A DNA stretch of 64,000 nt, taken from NCBI GenBank assembly GCA_023267635.1, contig JAHFMX010000006.1, forward strand, positions 1,940 through 65,939. Direction: 5' to 3'. The position numbers were made by a program, and so were the translations under genes. Positions 29,479 through 38,241 of the stretch are shown here, one piece after another; the first letter of the stretch is position 1, and every line of letters begins with the position of its first letter. The notes under the pieces were generated by a model. The model was not told the DNA's origin. It ran no database searches and saw only the letters and a list, made by a program, of their open reading frames with translations. Origin of the DNA: a bacterium (GTDB taxonomy: Bacteria; Patescibacteriota; Minisyncoccia; Phycocordibacterales; UBA5272).

Positions 29479-29590
29479 CTTTGTCATAGTGGAATCCATC
29501 ATCATCTTCATGACCGAGTGGTGCATTTTTTACAAGCCCATACCACACAAAAGCGGCAAGGAGTAGTAGTAGTAAAATTAAAAGTATCAT
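29468..29590 (-). CDS. 40-aa single-TM peptide with APLGHEDDDGFHY motif
   Basis: MILLILLLLLLAAFVWYGLVKNAPLGHEDDDGFHYDKDDE; ATGA-coupled to upstream gene; paralog at 41560-41697. Confidence 0.65.
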   Translation of the reverse strand: MILLILLLLLLAAFVWYGLVKNAPLGHEDDDGFHYDKDDE

Positions 29591-29991
29591 TTTGTTGTCC
29601 TGAATTTAATGTTGTAAGAGATCAAAGTGTACCCATCGGGTAAGGAAGATTTCAGCCTCAGAAAGTAGTCAGTATCTGGTGTCAGGTCTGAAATAACAAA
29701 TTCATGGAGAGCTTGCACTCCGTCTCCTGGAGCATTGGTTCTATCATACGTTGGGGGCTCTATAGTGCTTATAGGTGTTTTCCCCAAGTACCATGAACCG
29801 GAACAATCTACATTGCAATGCCAACTTACAGAAACTTTGGTTGTCGTGAGATTAAGAATCTCCACGTCAATCATTGATAATGGTGGTGATGGATCGGCGG
29901 GTGCCTTTGGCCCTGAAAATAGCAGTATTGCCGTTGCTATTGCAATAGCGAGTAGTGTCTTGATGTGGTGTGTTAAAGATTTAGAGTTCAT
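29587..29991 (-). CDS. exported fibronectin type III-like protein
   Basis: Hydrophobic signal LLAIAIATAILLF; NLTTTKVSVSW...HEFVISDLTPDTDYFLRLKS FN3 signature. Confidence 0.65.
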   Translation of the reverse strand: MNSKSLTHHIKTLLAIAIATAILLFSGPKAPADPSPPLSMIDVEILNLTTTKVSVSWHCNVDCSGSWYLGKTPISTIEPPTYDRTNAPGDGVQALHEFVISDLTPDTDYFLRLKSSLPDGYTLISYNIKFRTTK

Positions 29992-30184
29992 AATTTTTAC
30001 CTATTGCTTTGTGATATTCGGTCTGATTTAAATGATTGACTACTGACAGGGCTTCATTATAAGTCCCCATGTCTTGATCAACCTGGGTGTTGGTTTTGGC
30101 ATCCATAACCTTGTATATGTCATGGATTGACCCATTAGATCGTGAGTGAATCATCTTGATAAAGTAGCGACCATCCCTGCTCAA
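29981..30184 (-). CDS. hypothetical protein
   Basis: 67 aa, coupled in operon. Confidence 0.4.
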   Translation of the reverse strand: MSRDGRYFIKMIHSRSNGSIHDIYKVMDAKTNTQVDQDMGTYNEALSVVNHLNQTEYHKAIGKNYEL

Positions 30185-30372
30185 CTTACACCTCGTTCCA
30201 GCTTGTCAAGACGGTTTAGTATGTTGGTCATGATGCTATCTGTGACACCTTGCTGTTGTAGTTTGAAGATTCTATACATCCTTATAGCAATCTTAACATC
30301 CTCAAATGTTAAGCCTTCACAGACATCCAGCATTTCAGATAAGCTGTACTTTCTTTGTCCTACTGTATCCAT
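30181..30372 (-). CDS. hypothetical protein
   Basis: AAGGA SD; 63 aa. Confidence 0.5.
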   Translation of the reverse strand: MDTVGQRKYSLSEMLDVCEGLTFEDVKIAIRMYRIFKLQQQGVTDSIMTNILNRLDKLERGVS

Positions 30373-30457
30373 TACATTTTCCTTTTAGTTTTACAAGATT
30401 TTGATTTTGTTCTGTACACTTCTGTTATAAAGAGCAGAAACCAGTGTGCTGCAAAGG

Positions 30458-30616
30458 CTAGTCCTTCCACCCCTCACCCCCAAAAAATGGGGGCTTCTTC
30501 ATTATTTTGTCCCTTATCACTAAAGGGATCAAAGAAAGCACCACTATGCTGCAAACCACAGCTACGAAGGGCTTTACCACAAGATTTTCAAACAGAACGT
30601 GAACTAAGGTAATCAT
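30458..30616 (-). CDS. 52-aa membrane peptide
   Basis: MITLVHVLFENLVVKPFVAVVCSIVVLSLIPLVIRDK...; ATGA-coupled to 30613-30711. Confidence 0.45.
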   Translation of the reverse strand: MITLVHVLFENLVVKPFVAVVCSIVVLSLIPLVIRDKIMKKPPFFGGEGWKD

Positions 30617-30711
30617 AATGAAAATCCTGATAAGTTAGTGACAATTTCATAGGTAATGAACAGGTATACTGATACTATCATAGCCGTCCATATTGGTTCA
30701 AGGTTTACCAT
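30613..30711 (-). CDS. 32-aa membrane peptide
   Basis: MVNLEPIWTAMIVSVYLFITYEIVTNLSGFSL; GGAG SD; follows promoter-like site. Confidence 0.45.
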   Translation of the reverse strand: MVNLEPIWTAMIVSVYLFITYEIVTNLSGFSL

Positions 30712-30744
30712 TTTTAGGCTCCACATAGATTAAAACTAGTGCTT

Positions 30745-30772
30745 AATATAACATAAAACAACAAAAAAGCAA
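30745..30772 (-). promoter_or_regulatory. sigma70-like promoter
   Basis: TTGCTT-16-TATATT with TGn extension on - strand. Confidence 0.4.
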
Positions 30773-30775
30773 TAC

Positions 30776-32281
30776 TTATTTTCTTTTCCTTTGTTGTGCC
30801 AATTTCTTTAGGCCATCAAATAAAGACTCCTGGCAGTATTCTTTATTCTTCAAAGCTTCAATAACAAGGCTTTCAACCGTATTTTCAGCTATCAAATGGT
30901 GTACAAACACATGAGAATGTTTGTTCCCTTGTCGGACTAGCCGTTGTATCAGCTGGTCATAGTTCTGGTAGTTCCATGTCAAAGTATACCAGCAAATATG
31001 TTGCCCACACCCCTGTAAATTAAGCCCCAGGGCCATAGATTGTGGTTGGCCGGCCAATAGTGGGAGCTTCCCCGCATTCCAGTCAGCTACGATCTTTTGA
31101 CCTTCTTTTACATTAACACCACCACCAATGTAGGGTAGGTCTTTGCCGAAACGCTCTTTAAGCCTTTCAAGGTCATGATTGAACTCATAAGCTACCAGCA
31201 ATGGCTCCCCATTCAGCTCATTTACAAGTGCTTCCAGGGCTTCACCCTTGGCATCATGAAGGGGCATCCAATCTTTTTTCTTATTCTTCTTCTGCTCTAT
31301 CTGGAACCCAGTTATTGTAAGATCAGGCTCCATGTAAATCCCACCACTGGCTATTTGCCTGCATCGGCTGGACTTAATAGCAGCTGTTCCAGCCACGATA
31401 AGTTTACTGTCTATCTCTGCAATCAGGTTCTCTTCAAATTCATCATAGAGCTTGCGCACCTTCGGGGGAAGCTCTATATTGACCACATTATTAACCACAA
31501 CGGGGAGCTCCAGATAATCCCGTGCTTGGAGCTGGAAAACAAGCGGCTTTATAGCTTCATAGATTTCCTTCTCTTTGCCGGGCTTCACCGTCCAGTTATA
31601 TCCTGAGTAGTCAGAATCAAAGTAGTTCATCCTGTAGTGTGTTATGTACTTCCCTAATGCTTGCCCACTATCTAGCATGTAGCACTCACCAAACAAGTCC
31701 AGGAGCCCATTAGATGCCGGTGAACCAGTAAGCCCCCAGCGCCGGGTGAATGTGTCCAGGATAAGCTTCATGAGATCAAAGCGTAGTGTATTATGGGCTT
31801 TGAATGCTGAGAGCTCATCAATAACAAGGGTGTCGAAGCCCAGGTCTAGCCATCTTCTTTGTTGCTCTTTGGTAAAAAAGTATTTCTTTTTACCATTCTT
31901 ACTACCCTCACTTGGTTTGATCAACCATTTAAGGCTCTCCGGGTTAATGATGTAGATGTCGGCTTCACGTTCAAGAGCCTGCTCTTTTTTTGTTCCGGTT
32001 ATGATCTCAATGCGTAGATCGAAGGTCTGAGTCCACTTCTTGATTTCCTGAGCCCACACATTATGGCACACCCACGGTGGTGCAATTATAAGGGTTTTAT
32101 AGATTTGTCCTTCAGCCATAAGCTTCTTAAGGGCGAGAAGAGTCACTAAGGTTTTCCCCAGTCCAGGCTTCATGAATAAGCCCACAGACTGGTTGTCGAG
32201 AAGGAACTTCAAAGCTTTCTTTTGGTAAGCATGAAGTACAGCTTTTTGTGGGGGTCTGTAGTAGGTTAGTTCGTTACTCAT
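30776..32281 (-). CDS. SNF2-family DEAD-like helicase
   Basis: LHAYQ, MKPGLGKT, VIDELS, LTGSP, LGLNLQ, QLIQRLVRQG motifs. Confidence 0.9.
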   Translation of the reverse strand: MSNELTYYRPPQKAVLHAYQKKALKFLLDNQSVGLFMKPGLGKTLVTLLALKKLMAEGQIYKTLIIAPPWVCHNVWAQEIKKWTQTFDLRIEIITGTKKEQALEREADIYIINPESLKWLIKPSEGSKNGKKKYFFTKEQQRRWLDLGFDTLVIDELSAFKAHNTLRFDLMKLILDTFTRRWGLTGSPASNGLLDLFGECYMLDSGQALGKYITHYRMNYFDSDYSGYNWTVKPGKEKEIYEAIKPLVFQLQARDYLELPVVVNNVVNIELPPKVRKLYDEFEENLIAEIDSKLIVAGTAAIKSSRCRQIASGGIYMEPDLTITGFQIEQKKNKKKDWMPLHDAKGEALEALVNELNGEPLLVAYEFNHDLERLKERFGKDLPYIGGGVNVKEGQKIVADWNAGKLPLLAGQPQSMALGLNLQGCGQHICWYTLTWNYQNYDQLIQRLVRQGNKHSHVFVHHLIAENTVESLVIEALKNKEYCQESLFDGLKKLAQQRKRK

Positions 32282-32909
32282 TTTCGAACCTGATCATTAA
32301 CTCAGGGTAGCACTCCATCCAGCTATCTACGTGATAGGAATTTACCTCGCCGTAGTTTGCATCAAAGACTTTCTTTGGTAGCTTTCCAGTCATGAAACCA
32401 TGACGCTTCAGATCGAACCAACTAATTGTTTTCCAGCTAATGTTATTGACGTGGGCTACACGCTTAATACTTAGCCACTCTTCAGACTCATCAAGACGTT
32501 CTTCAAGTGCTGCTGCTTTACTGGTTACATTTTCAAGTTGTGACAAAGCAGTTTCTTTCTCCTTTTCACTTTCAATTAATGCTTGCAATGCTGCTATGTA
32601 ATTAGCTGGAAGTTTTGGTTGTGCTGCTTCAAGCTCCTGCCAACGATCAATAACCCTCATTAATAAATTCGTATTAAGCCTGGCAGAAACGGCAACTGAT
32701 TGTCTCTTATCAAGTTGGTATGTTTCAAGTTCTATTACTGCTCCTATATTGTTTGTGTACGAGGTACGAATTTTTCGTAACTCACCAAACTCAAGGCTTG
32801 CAGACATTTTAGAAACAATTTTCATTGCATCATTATGTCTGGTTTCTAAGAGATCAGTTATTTCTTTTAGTGTCATTGTCTGTACTTCTACCTTAATCAA
32901 TTCTTTCAT
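32274..32909 (-). CDS. Rha-family phage regulatory/antirepressor-like protein
   Basis: TMTLKEITDL..RHND...VIDRWQELE..PANYIAAL; likely start MKELIK at 32909 with AGGA SD. Confidence 0.7.
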   Translation of the reverse strand: MKELIKVEVQTMTLKEITDLLETRHNDAMKIVSKMSASLEFGELRKIRTSYTNNIGAVIELETYQLDKRQSVAVSARLNTNLLMRVIDRWQELEAAQPKLPANYIAALQALIESEKEKETALSQLENVTSKAAALEERLDESEEWLSIKRVAHVNNISWKTISWFDLKRHGFMTGKLPKKVFDANYGEVNSYHVDSWMECYPELMIRFENE

Positions 32910-32928
32910 TCTAAATTTCCTGTAACTC

Positions 32929-33029
32929 AAAAAAAACCCCACAACCCAAACCGCGACCAGACGATTTGAATTACAGGGTTAAAGGTTGATCCTTTGAAAT
33001 GTTAAGCTGGCCGACTAAATTTCAAAAAG
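32929..33029 (-). ncRNA. structured leader RNA: hairpin + terminator-like hairpin with complementary loops
   Basis: 19-bp stem with several G-U pairs followed by a U-run; loop CUGGUCG complementary to upstream loop CGGCCAG. Confidence 0.6.
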
Positions 33030-33054
33030 TAAATCTAGTCTACCAGGTGATTTG

Positions 33055-33342
33055 CTAATTGTCAAGATCAGCATCATCTAAGCCCCAAGGGTATACAGGT
33101 ACACCATAGTTCTTAATTCTTTTCACAGCTCTACGTTGCCTGTTTAAGTTCTGCTCAAAATGTGGGTGCCATGTGGGGGCTTTATCATTTACAATGTTAG
33201 GGTCCCACATAGATAAATGGTGCCTAAGTCTATCAGCCATGATCCAGTCTTTTTTGTCTTTAGCATCAAACCAGCTACGGTAGAGTTCCTGTAGCTCTTC
33301 CTTCTCTTCTGGAAGAAGCCTGTCAAGATTCTCAACATCCAT
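33055..33342 (-). CDS. protein with CysRS C-terminal-like helical motif
   Basis: WFDAKDKKDWIMADRLRHHL resembles the RxxARxxKDWxxADxLRxxL motif. Confidence 0.5.
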   Translation of the reverse strand: MDVENLDRLLPEEKEELQELYRSWFDAKDKKDWIMADRLRHHLSMWDPNIVNDKAPTWHPHFEQNLNRQRRAVKRIKNYGVPVYPWGLDDADLDN

Positions 33343-33667
33343 TATCTACCTCCTGGTAAATATGGTCTTGGGGAGTATTTTTATGCACTCTGTTGAACTC
33401 CTGTAATACCATAGCAACAGCATCTACGAAGCTATCTGCCCACCCACATGCATAGCCATTGTTGCAAAGCCAATCAAGTCTTTGTCTTTGTATTGCTGTG
33501 GGTTCTTCTCCGGGACACTTGAACTCCACATAGATTGACTTTCCTTTTCCAAGTAAATATTCTTGATCAGGCCAACCGTTCTTCCCAAGCTTTACATGTT
33601 GAATACCATACTCACTTAGCAAGTATGCTGATACTTTTCTTTCTATACCTGCTTCAATCCCCGACAT
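33332..33667 (-). CDS. VRR-NUC domain nuclease
   Basis: IEAGIERKV...GWPD...YVEFKCPGEEPTAIQ; start MSGIE at 33667. Confidence 0.8.
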   Translation of the reverse strand: MSGIEAGIERKVSAYLLSEYGIQHVKLGKNGWPDQEYLLGKGKSIYVEFKCPGEEPTAIQRQRLDWLCNNGYACGWADSFVDAVAMVLQEFNRVHKNTPQDHIYQEVDNGC

Positions 33668-33827
33668 TTTGCTTGCTCCATTCTTTATCAAGATTCCATG
33701 AAAGAAGATCAAGAAACATGTTAACTCTGTATTCTGAGACCAAAAGAGAGCCATTCACAGCATACTGTACACCACCGAAAGCTTCGTCTGCTTTTTTTCT
33801 CAAGTCAGTAATTTCTTTCTTAGTCAT
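33654..33827 (-). CDS. 57-aa hypothetical protein (not in track)
   Basis: MTKKEITDLRKKADEAFGG...; TAATG coupling to upstream gene. Confidence 0.45.
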   Translation of the reverse strand: MTKKEITDLRKKADEAFGGVQYAVNGSLLVSEYRVNMFLDLLSWNLDKEWSKQNVGD

Positions 33828-34072
33828 TATAGACCCCTTGACCTTTTCTCTTTATGCTCTGCTAAACTTTGGCAGTCCACACAACGAACTCTACCTAAAA
33901 GTAATCTCCCTTCAATAAGGTCTTCGCCACAATCAAAGCAAGATACACCATCCCATTGAGCAAATTGTGCTTCTTGCCATTGTGGCCGTAGCATTGCTGC
34001 TATTTCTTGCTCACTTTGCCTGGCATAAACTTCCAGACATTTCTCATAAGCTAATTCTTCTATACTCGCCAT
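33827..34072 (-). CDS. TraR/DksA C4 zinc-finger protein
   Basis: CFDCGEDLIEGRL...RCVDCQ. Confidence 0.8.
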   Translation of the reverse strand: MASIEELAYEKCLEVYARQSEQEIAAMLRPQWQEAQFAQWDGVSCFDCGEDLIEGRLLLGRVRCVDCQSLAEHKEKRSRGL

Positions 34073-34675
34073 TTATACTACCTCATCGAGAATGTTTTGA
34101 TGGTAGGTGTTCACCTGTCCATATTTTGCACTATGTGCTTTTCCTAGTGGTATGCCCTTGTCTTTTGAGAGCTTCACAGCCTTCTTACCAACTCTACCGG
34201 CTTCTACTGAGTCAATTTGAAGACCAAGCTTTGAGTAGTAACCAGCAACTGTGTAGTAATCATCGGGGGTTGCTGCTATCTTTGCTTGTATCTCAATTAT
34301 TTCAGACCTCATTGTATTAAGATTCTTCTCAAACTCAACCATTGCAAGAGCTGTCTGTGCTATTAACTCCATTGCTGTTACAGGGGCTTTTATCTGCTCT
34401 TCAAGTTCTTGCCAACGGTCAACAAGCTTAGCAGTGAACTCCGGTGATAATTGAGCGACAATTACATAACTGTCTCTTTTACATATAAGATACTCTTTAC
34501 CACATACATTATTGATATTCTTGAAGTTCCCCAATGGGGGAGATTGAATTACTCCACGCTCTACAAGTCTTTCAATTGATTGCTTAACTTTATCATGCCG
34601 GGATTCTACTAATTCAGCTATTTCACGGCTAGTCATTGTCATTGCATTTTTTTGTACCATTACTTCTTTACTCAT
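34073..34675 (-). CDS. Rha-family phage regulatory protein
   Basis: MTSREIAELVESRHDKVKQSIERL...KRDSYVIVAQLSPEFTAKLVDRWQELE. Confidence 0.85.
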   Translation of the reverse strand: MSKEVMVQKNAMTMTSREIAELVESRHDKVKQSIERLVERGVIQSPPLGNFKNINNVCGKEYLICKRDSYVIVAQLSPEFTAKLVDRWQELEEQIKAPVTAMELIAQTALAMVEFEKNLNTMRSEIIEIQAKIAATPDDYYTVAGYYSKLGLQIDSVEAGRVGKKAVKLSKDKGIPLGKAHSAKYGQVNTYHQNILDEVV

Positions 34676-34687
34676 CCTTTTCTCCTA

Positions 34688-35407
34688 TTAAAATTTACAC
34701 GGTCCGCCTTTAGCAGCACTGAAGTTGCACCACCGGCATGTGTTATTTGGTTTAGGTGGGAACCTAGTATCTTTCAACATGGGTGCAACCGCTTTCTCCC
34801 ATTTCTTTTGCAAGCCCTTAACATCAGCTTTAGTGAAAACCAAAGGATCACTTTCTGGTGGGTATGTGTCGCCGGTGTCCAGGTACACAAGTTTGGGAAC
34901 TACTTTTTCAATAGAAGGGTTGAACTTCATAGCACTAAGAGCATATAGCTCTAGCTGTTCAATGTAGTCCTGTATGTTGTACTCCCGGAATTTTCCGGTC
35001 TTCCAATCAATCACATTAAGAACATTGCCCTCAGGTAAGAACACAGCAAAGTCTAGCTTAACCCGAAGCCAGCAATTAGCCCAGTCATTGAAAACCGTTT
35101 GTGACCAGTCATTCCTGAAAGCCCATGATGCTTCAATGTGAGTTACTTGGGTAAGCTTTGAGCAATAACCACGCAGTTCTTTGAATAAGTCTCTGAAGAG
35201 CTTTAATTCTTTTGGGAGTATCCGTTTTTTACCTTTCAGATATTCTTCAGCAAGCTTATGTATATCTGATCCACGCTCCATTGCCGGTGATGCCGGTTCA
35301 GGAATCTTGTCGATGAACTTGTACTTGGCCGAGGCCGGGCAGGTCTTCCAGGTATGGTAGCGACTGATCGACCAGGATGTTAGATTTGTTGGTTTTTTAA
35401 ATGCCAT
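34688..35407 (-). CDS. PD-(D/E)XK RecB/Cas4-like exonuclease
   Basis: WSISR..CP, GSDIH, KLD, IDWKTGK, QLELYA, CRWC..C. Confidence 0.85.
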   Translation of the reverse strand: MAFKKPTNLTSWSISRYHTWKTCPASAKYKFIDKIPEPASPAMERGSDIHKLAEEYLKGKKRILPKELKLFRDLFKELRGYCSKLTQVTHIEASWAFRNDWSQTVFNDWANCWLRVKLDFAVFLPEGNVLNVIDWKTGKFREYNIQDYIEQLELYALSAMKFNPSIEKVVPKLVYLDTGDTYPPESDPLVFTKADVKGLQKKWEKAVAPMLKDTRFPPKPNNTCRWCNFSAAKGGPCKF

Positions 35408-35422
35408 TTGCTTTTCCTATTG

Positions 35423-37342
35423 TTAATATTGTGGTTCAAAATATTTACGCATTCCGCCCCAGTTAGTGCCAATCTCTCCATCACTGCCCATAGGGGAATC
35501 AACTGGGACAGCCGTATGTATGATATGCCTTAATTCAGACATTACTTGTTTAACATCTTCACGGGGCACTGAAACCACGATCTCATCGTGAACGAGGAGG
35601 ATTATTTTACCAGAAGTCTCCTTATTTGTAAACTGAATTGTGGCTTCTTTCGTCTGATCTGCACTAGAACCCTGGATAAGATAGTTCAAAAGCTTGTAGG
35701 TAAAATCCACTTTCCTACCATCAATCATCTTGGGAGGCTCACAAAAATACTCACGCCCCCCGATAGTTCTAATAGGCTCACCTCTTTTCGATCTGGACTT
35801 AATGCCCTCTATCAGGCTCTTAATGCCGGGAAGTAACCTGTAGTAGGCATCTTTAATACTTTTAGCCATTGCTACTGTCACATCAAGCCCAGCAGCAAGA
35901 GCGGAAGCCCCCGAACCATAAATGATTGAAAAAGCAATTTGCTTCGCAGCGTACCGGCTTATGTCGATGTTGGCTATTTCATAGATAGCTTCTTTAACCC
36001 ATTGATGCAGGTCTACAGCAGGGTTTTCAATGAACATATCAAGCATTGCACCGTCTTCAAAGTGCGCCAATATGCGAATTTCTTGCCCGGACACATCCCT
36101 ACCTATAAGGACTTCTCCTGGAAATGGTAAAATGTAGCCTCTGCACTTTGGGAGTATGTGTACTCCTTTTATGGGTGTGACAGGTAACTTTTCTGCCTTT
36201 ACAGGATTCCGTTCTTCATGCTGCCATATCGGTTTGAATTTCTTCGGTAAATTCAATAGGTTAGGTTGTGATGAAAGCCTTCCTGTGCGTGCCCCAGTTA
36301 GACCACCAGACTCAGAAGAGCGTACCTGGTTAAACGTACAAAAAATTTTACCTTCTGAAGCGTCAGCCATAGCTAGCCAAGGCTTCATAAATGTCTGTAA
36401 GCATGTACCGAGTTGCGCCCGGTAGTTCAGCATTCCAAGCAGTTGCTTGTCATTGACAGCAACCAACAAAGCATCCTTGTTCGTAGCCACCTTACCTGTA
36501 GGTGTTAGCACAAGATTGTCTTCATCTACTTTACCTGCTGCAATCATAGCGCCCATTAGCTCAGCTGAAGAATTAAGGTTGATGTCTGTACTTGCAGACA
36601 GTGTGTCTATGATCCATGAGTCGGCCAGCTTCATACAGTTCTCAAAAGTCTTGACATCAGCTTTAAGCTTCTTATGATCTACACATACACCTCTGCGCTC
36701 CATGTCTAGTAACACAGGCATAAGACGGCGCTCACGATCATAGGCTTCAAGCATATCCCGCTCTTCTATGTCTGTCCACAGCATGTTGAACAATTGCTCA
36801 GTCTTGTCGGTATCTGAGTTAGCATACTTACCAACAATACCGGCAGGAGCATACTCCAGATACTTCATGTAATAGTGGTCGGACTTCCTAGACTTTGAAA
36901 TCTTAACTCCTTCTACCGGTTGGTGAGTTAGAAGCCATTCTCCTACCTCATCACGTTCTTCTGGTGGCATGTCTAATAGCTCTTCTGAAACCGGCTTTAG
37001 ACCTAAGTCCTTACGATGTGGGTCATCCAGGAAGATAAGGAAAAGTGTGTCATGGATTCTTGACCAATCAGGGACTGGGCATCCCATCTTAATGTCTGCA
37101 ACATCCACGTCAAACTTGCTATTGTGGAAAAGAACGCCGTCCCCGAATGTGTAGGCTTTTTTCAAAGCTTCTATTGCTTCTTCCTTGGTTGAGTTGTTCT
37201 CACTAACATGACCGAAAGCATAGTATTTCCCAGGTTTCCCAGGGTACTTAATAGAAACCCCCAGTGGTTCTGGGGGGTACTTGGGGCGTGCTTTTATTCC
37301 TTGTGTCTCGAAATCAATCGTGACTACTTTGGGGAGTTTCAT
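35423..37342 (-). CDS. polA: family A DNA polymerase with 3'-5' exonuclease domain
   Basis: IDFET, HNSKFD, TGRLSS, DVSGQEIRILAH, RYAAKQIAFSIIYG, NYLIQGSSAD, LVHDEI. Confidence 0.93.
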   Translation of the reverse strand: MKLPKVVTIDFETQGIKARPKYPPEPLGVSIKYPGKPGKYYAFGHVSENNSTKEEAIEALKKAYTFGDGVLFHNSKFDVDVADIKMGCPVPDWSRIHDTLFLIFLDDPHRKDLGLKPVSEELLDMPPEERDEVGEWLLTHQPVEGVKISKSRKSDHYYMKYLEYAPAGIVGKYANSDTDKTEQLFNMLWTDIEERDMLEAYDRERRLMPVLLDMERRGVCVDHKKLKADVKTFENCMKLADSWIIDTLSASTDINLNSSAELMGAMIAAGKVDEDNLVLTPTGKVATNKDALLVAVNDKQLLGMLNYRAQLGTCLQTFMKPWLAMADASEGKIFCTFNQVRSSESGGLTGARTGRLSSQPNLLNLPKKFKPIWQHEERNPVKAEKLPVTPIKGVHILPKCRGYILPFPGEVLIGRDVSGQEIRILAHFEDGAMLDMFIENPAVDLHQWVKEAIYEIANIDISRYAAKQIAFSIIYGSGASALAAGLDVTVAMAKSIKDAYYRLLPGIKSLIEGIKSRSKRGEPIRTIGGREYFCEPPKMIDGRKVDFTYKLLNYLIQGSSADQTKEATIQFTNKETSGKIILLVHDEIVVSVPREDVKQVMSELRHIIHTAVPVDSPMGSDGEIGTNWGGMRKYFEPQY

Positions 37343-37344
37343 TT

Positions 37345-37542
37345 TTAAATCTCATTTTGTGGTTCATCAGGACACCCTTTACTTTCACGTGTTCCACATA
37401 GCCAGTCGTTAGATCGAAATCTGTATCCTTGCCCTTGAGTAAAGGCTCCAGGATCAAGTCTAGGCCAATAACAAGACCTAGAAGCACAATCTTTATCACA
37501 AACATCTACCATTTTTTTAAGATTCTTATCTTTAATTTTCAT
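37345..37542 (-). CDS. small Cys-rich hypothetical protein
   Basis: 65 aa with five Cys. Confidence 0.45.
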   Translation of the reverse strand: MKIKDKNLKKMVDVCDKDCASRSCYWPRLDPGAFTQGQGYRFRSNDWLCGTRESKGCPDEPQNEI

Positions 37543-37570
37543 CTAATACGACTTTAGGGGGCTTCATTTT

Positions 37571-38221
37571 TTAGTTTTTTGTTAATTGATAACTGCTGAC
37601 TCTGATTTCTTCAGCATAGGCTTTCAAGATGATCTTGCGTGTTGCGTAGTCCTTATCAAGACCAAGCAGGACTATGTTTTTAGCTTCTAATCTTCCTAGC
37701 ATATCAAGTTCATTAGCAGGTAGAACTTCTCTATCCAGACCTGCAAATTCACCTTTAAGGCACCAGTTTACCAATTTACTCTCATTCATGAAATGATGTT
37801 GTTCAGTATTCTTACCCTTTTCAAGTCTCATTATCTGCAAGACTTCAGACATAGCTTTATAGCTTGATGCTGCTATTGCTCTGGACTTATCCCAACTACT
37901 ACCATCACGGATAATGTTGTCAATTTGCTCATCACACCAAATTGCAAAATCAACGCTCAGCCATCTTGAATAAGGAACTGCCAATTTTGGATGAAACCAA
38001 GTCCCTAATGAGTTTTTACCAGACTTTGTGATATACCATTTGTTTATATCTGGGTATCTTCTTGTTAAAGCAGCAATGTAGGCACGGGTATCCTGCCTTT
38101 GGAGCCAATGAGCTGGATTTACACCAAAGGGTTTACCTGCTTCGGTTGCAGAAAACCAAGCAGATTTATTAAATGTTATATTTTGACCATCATACATTGT
38201 TTCTATAAGTTGCTTATCCAT
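37571..38221 (-). CDS. KilA-N domain protein
   Basis: WFSATEAGKPFG..PAHWL...GTWFHPKLAVPYSRWLSVDFAIWCDEQI. Confidence 0.88.
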   Translation of the reverse strand: MDKQLIETMYDGQNITFNKSAWFSATEAGKPFGVNPAHWLQRQDTRAYIAALTRRYPDINKWYITKSGKNSLGTWFHPKLAVPYSRWLSVDFAIWCDEQIDNIIRDGSSWDKSRAIAASSYKAMSEVLQIMRLEKGKNTEQHHFMNESKLVNWCLKGEFAGLDREVLPANELDMLGRLEAKNIVLLGLDKDYATRKIILKAYAEEIRVSSYQLTKN

Positions 38222-38241
38222 ATTTTTCTCTTTATGTTATT

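Noticed and set aside
34688-35407. Cas4 as evidence of a CRISPR system
   Set aside because: Stand-alone PD-(D/E)XK nuclease beside PolA, a usual phage replication gene
37544-37561. TAATACGACT resembling the start of the T7 promoter
   Set aside because: Single copy noticed, lacks CACTATA, faces against local genes, and no phage RNA polymerase is recognisable
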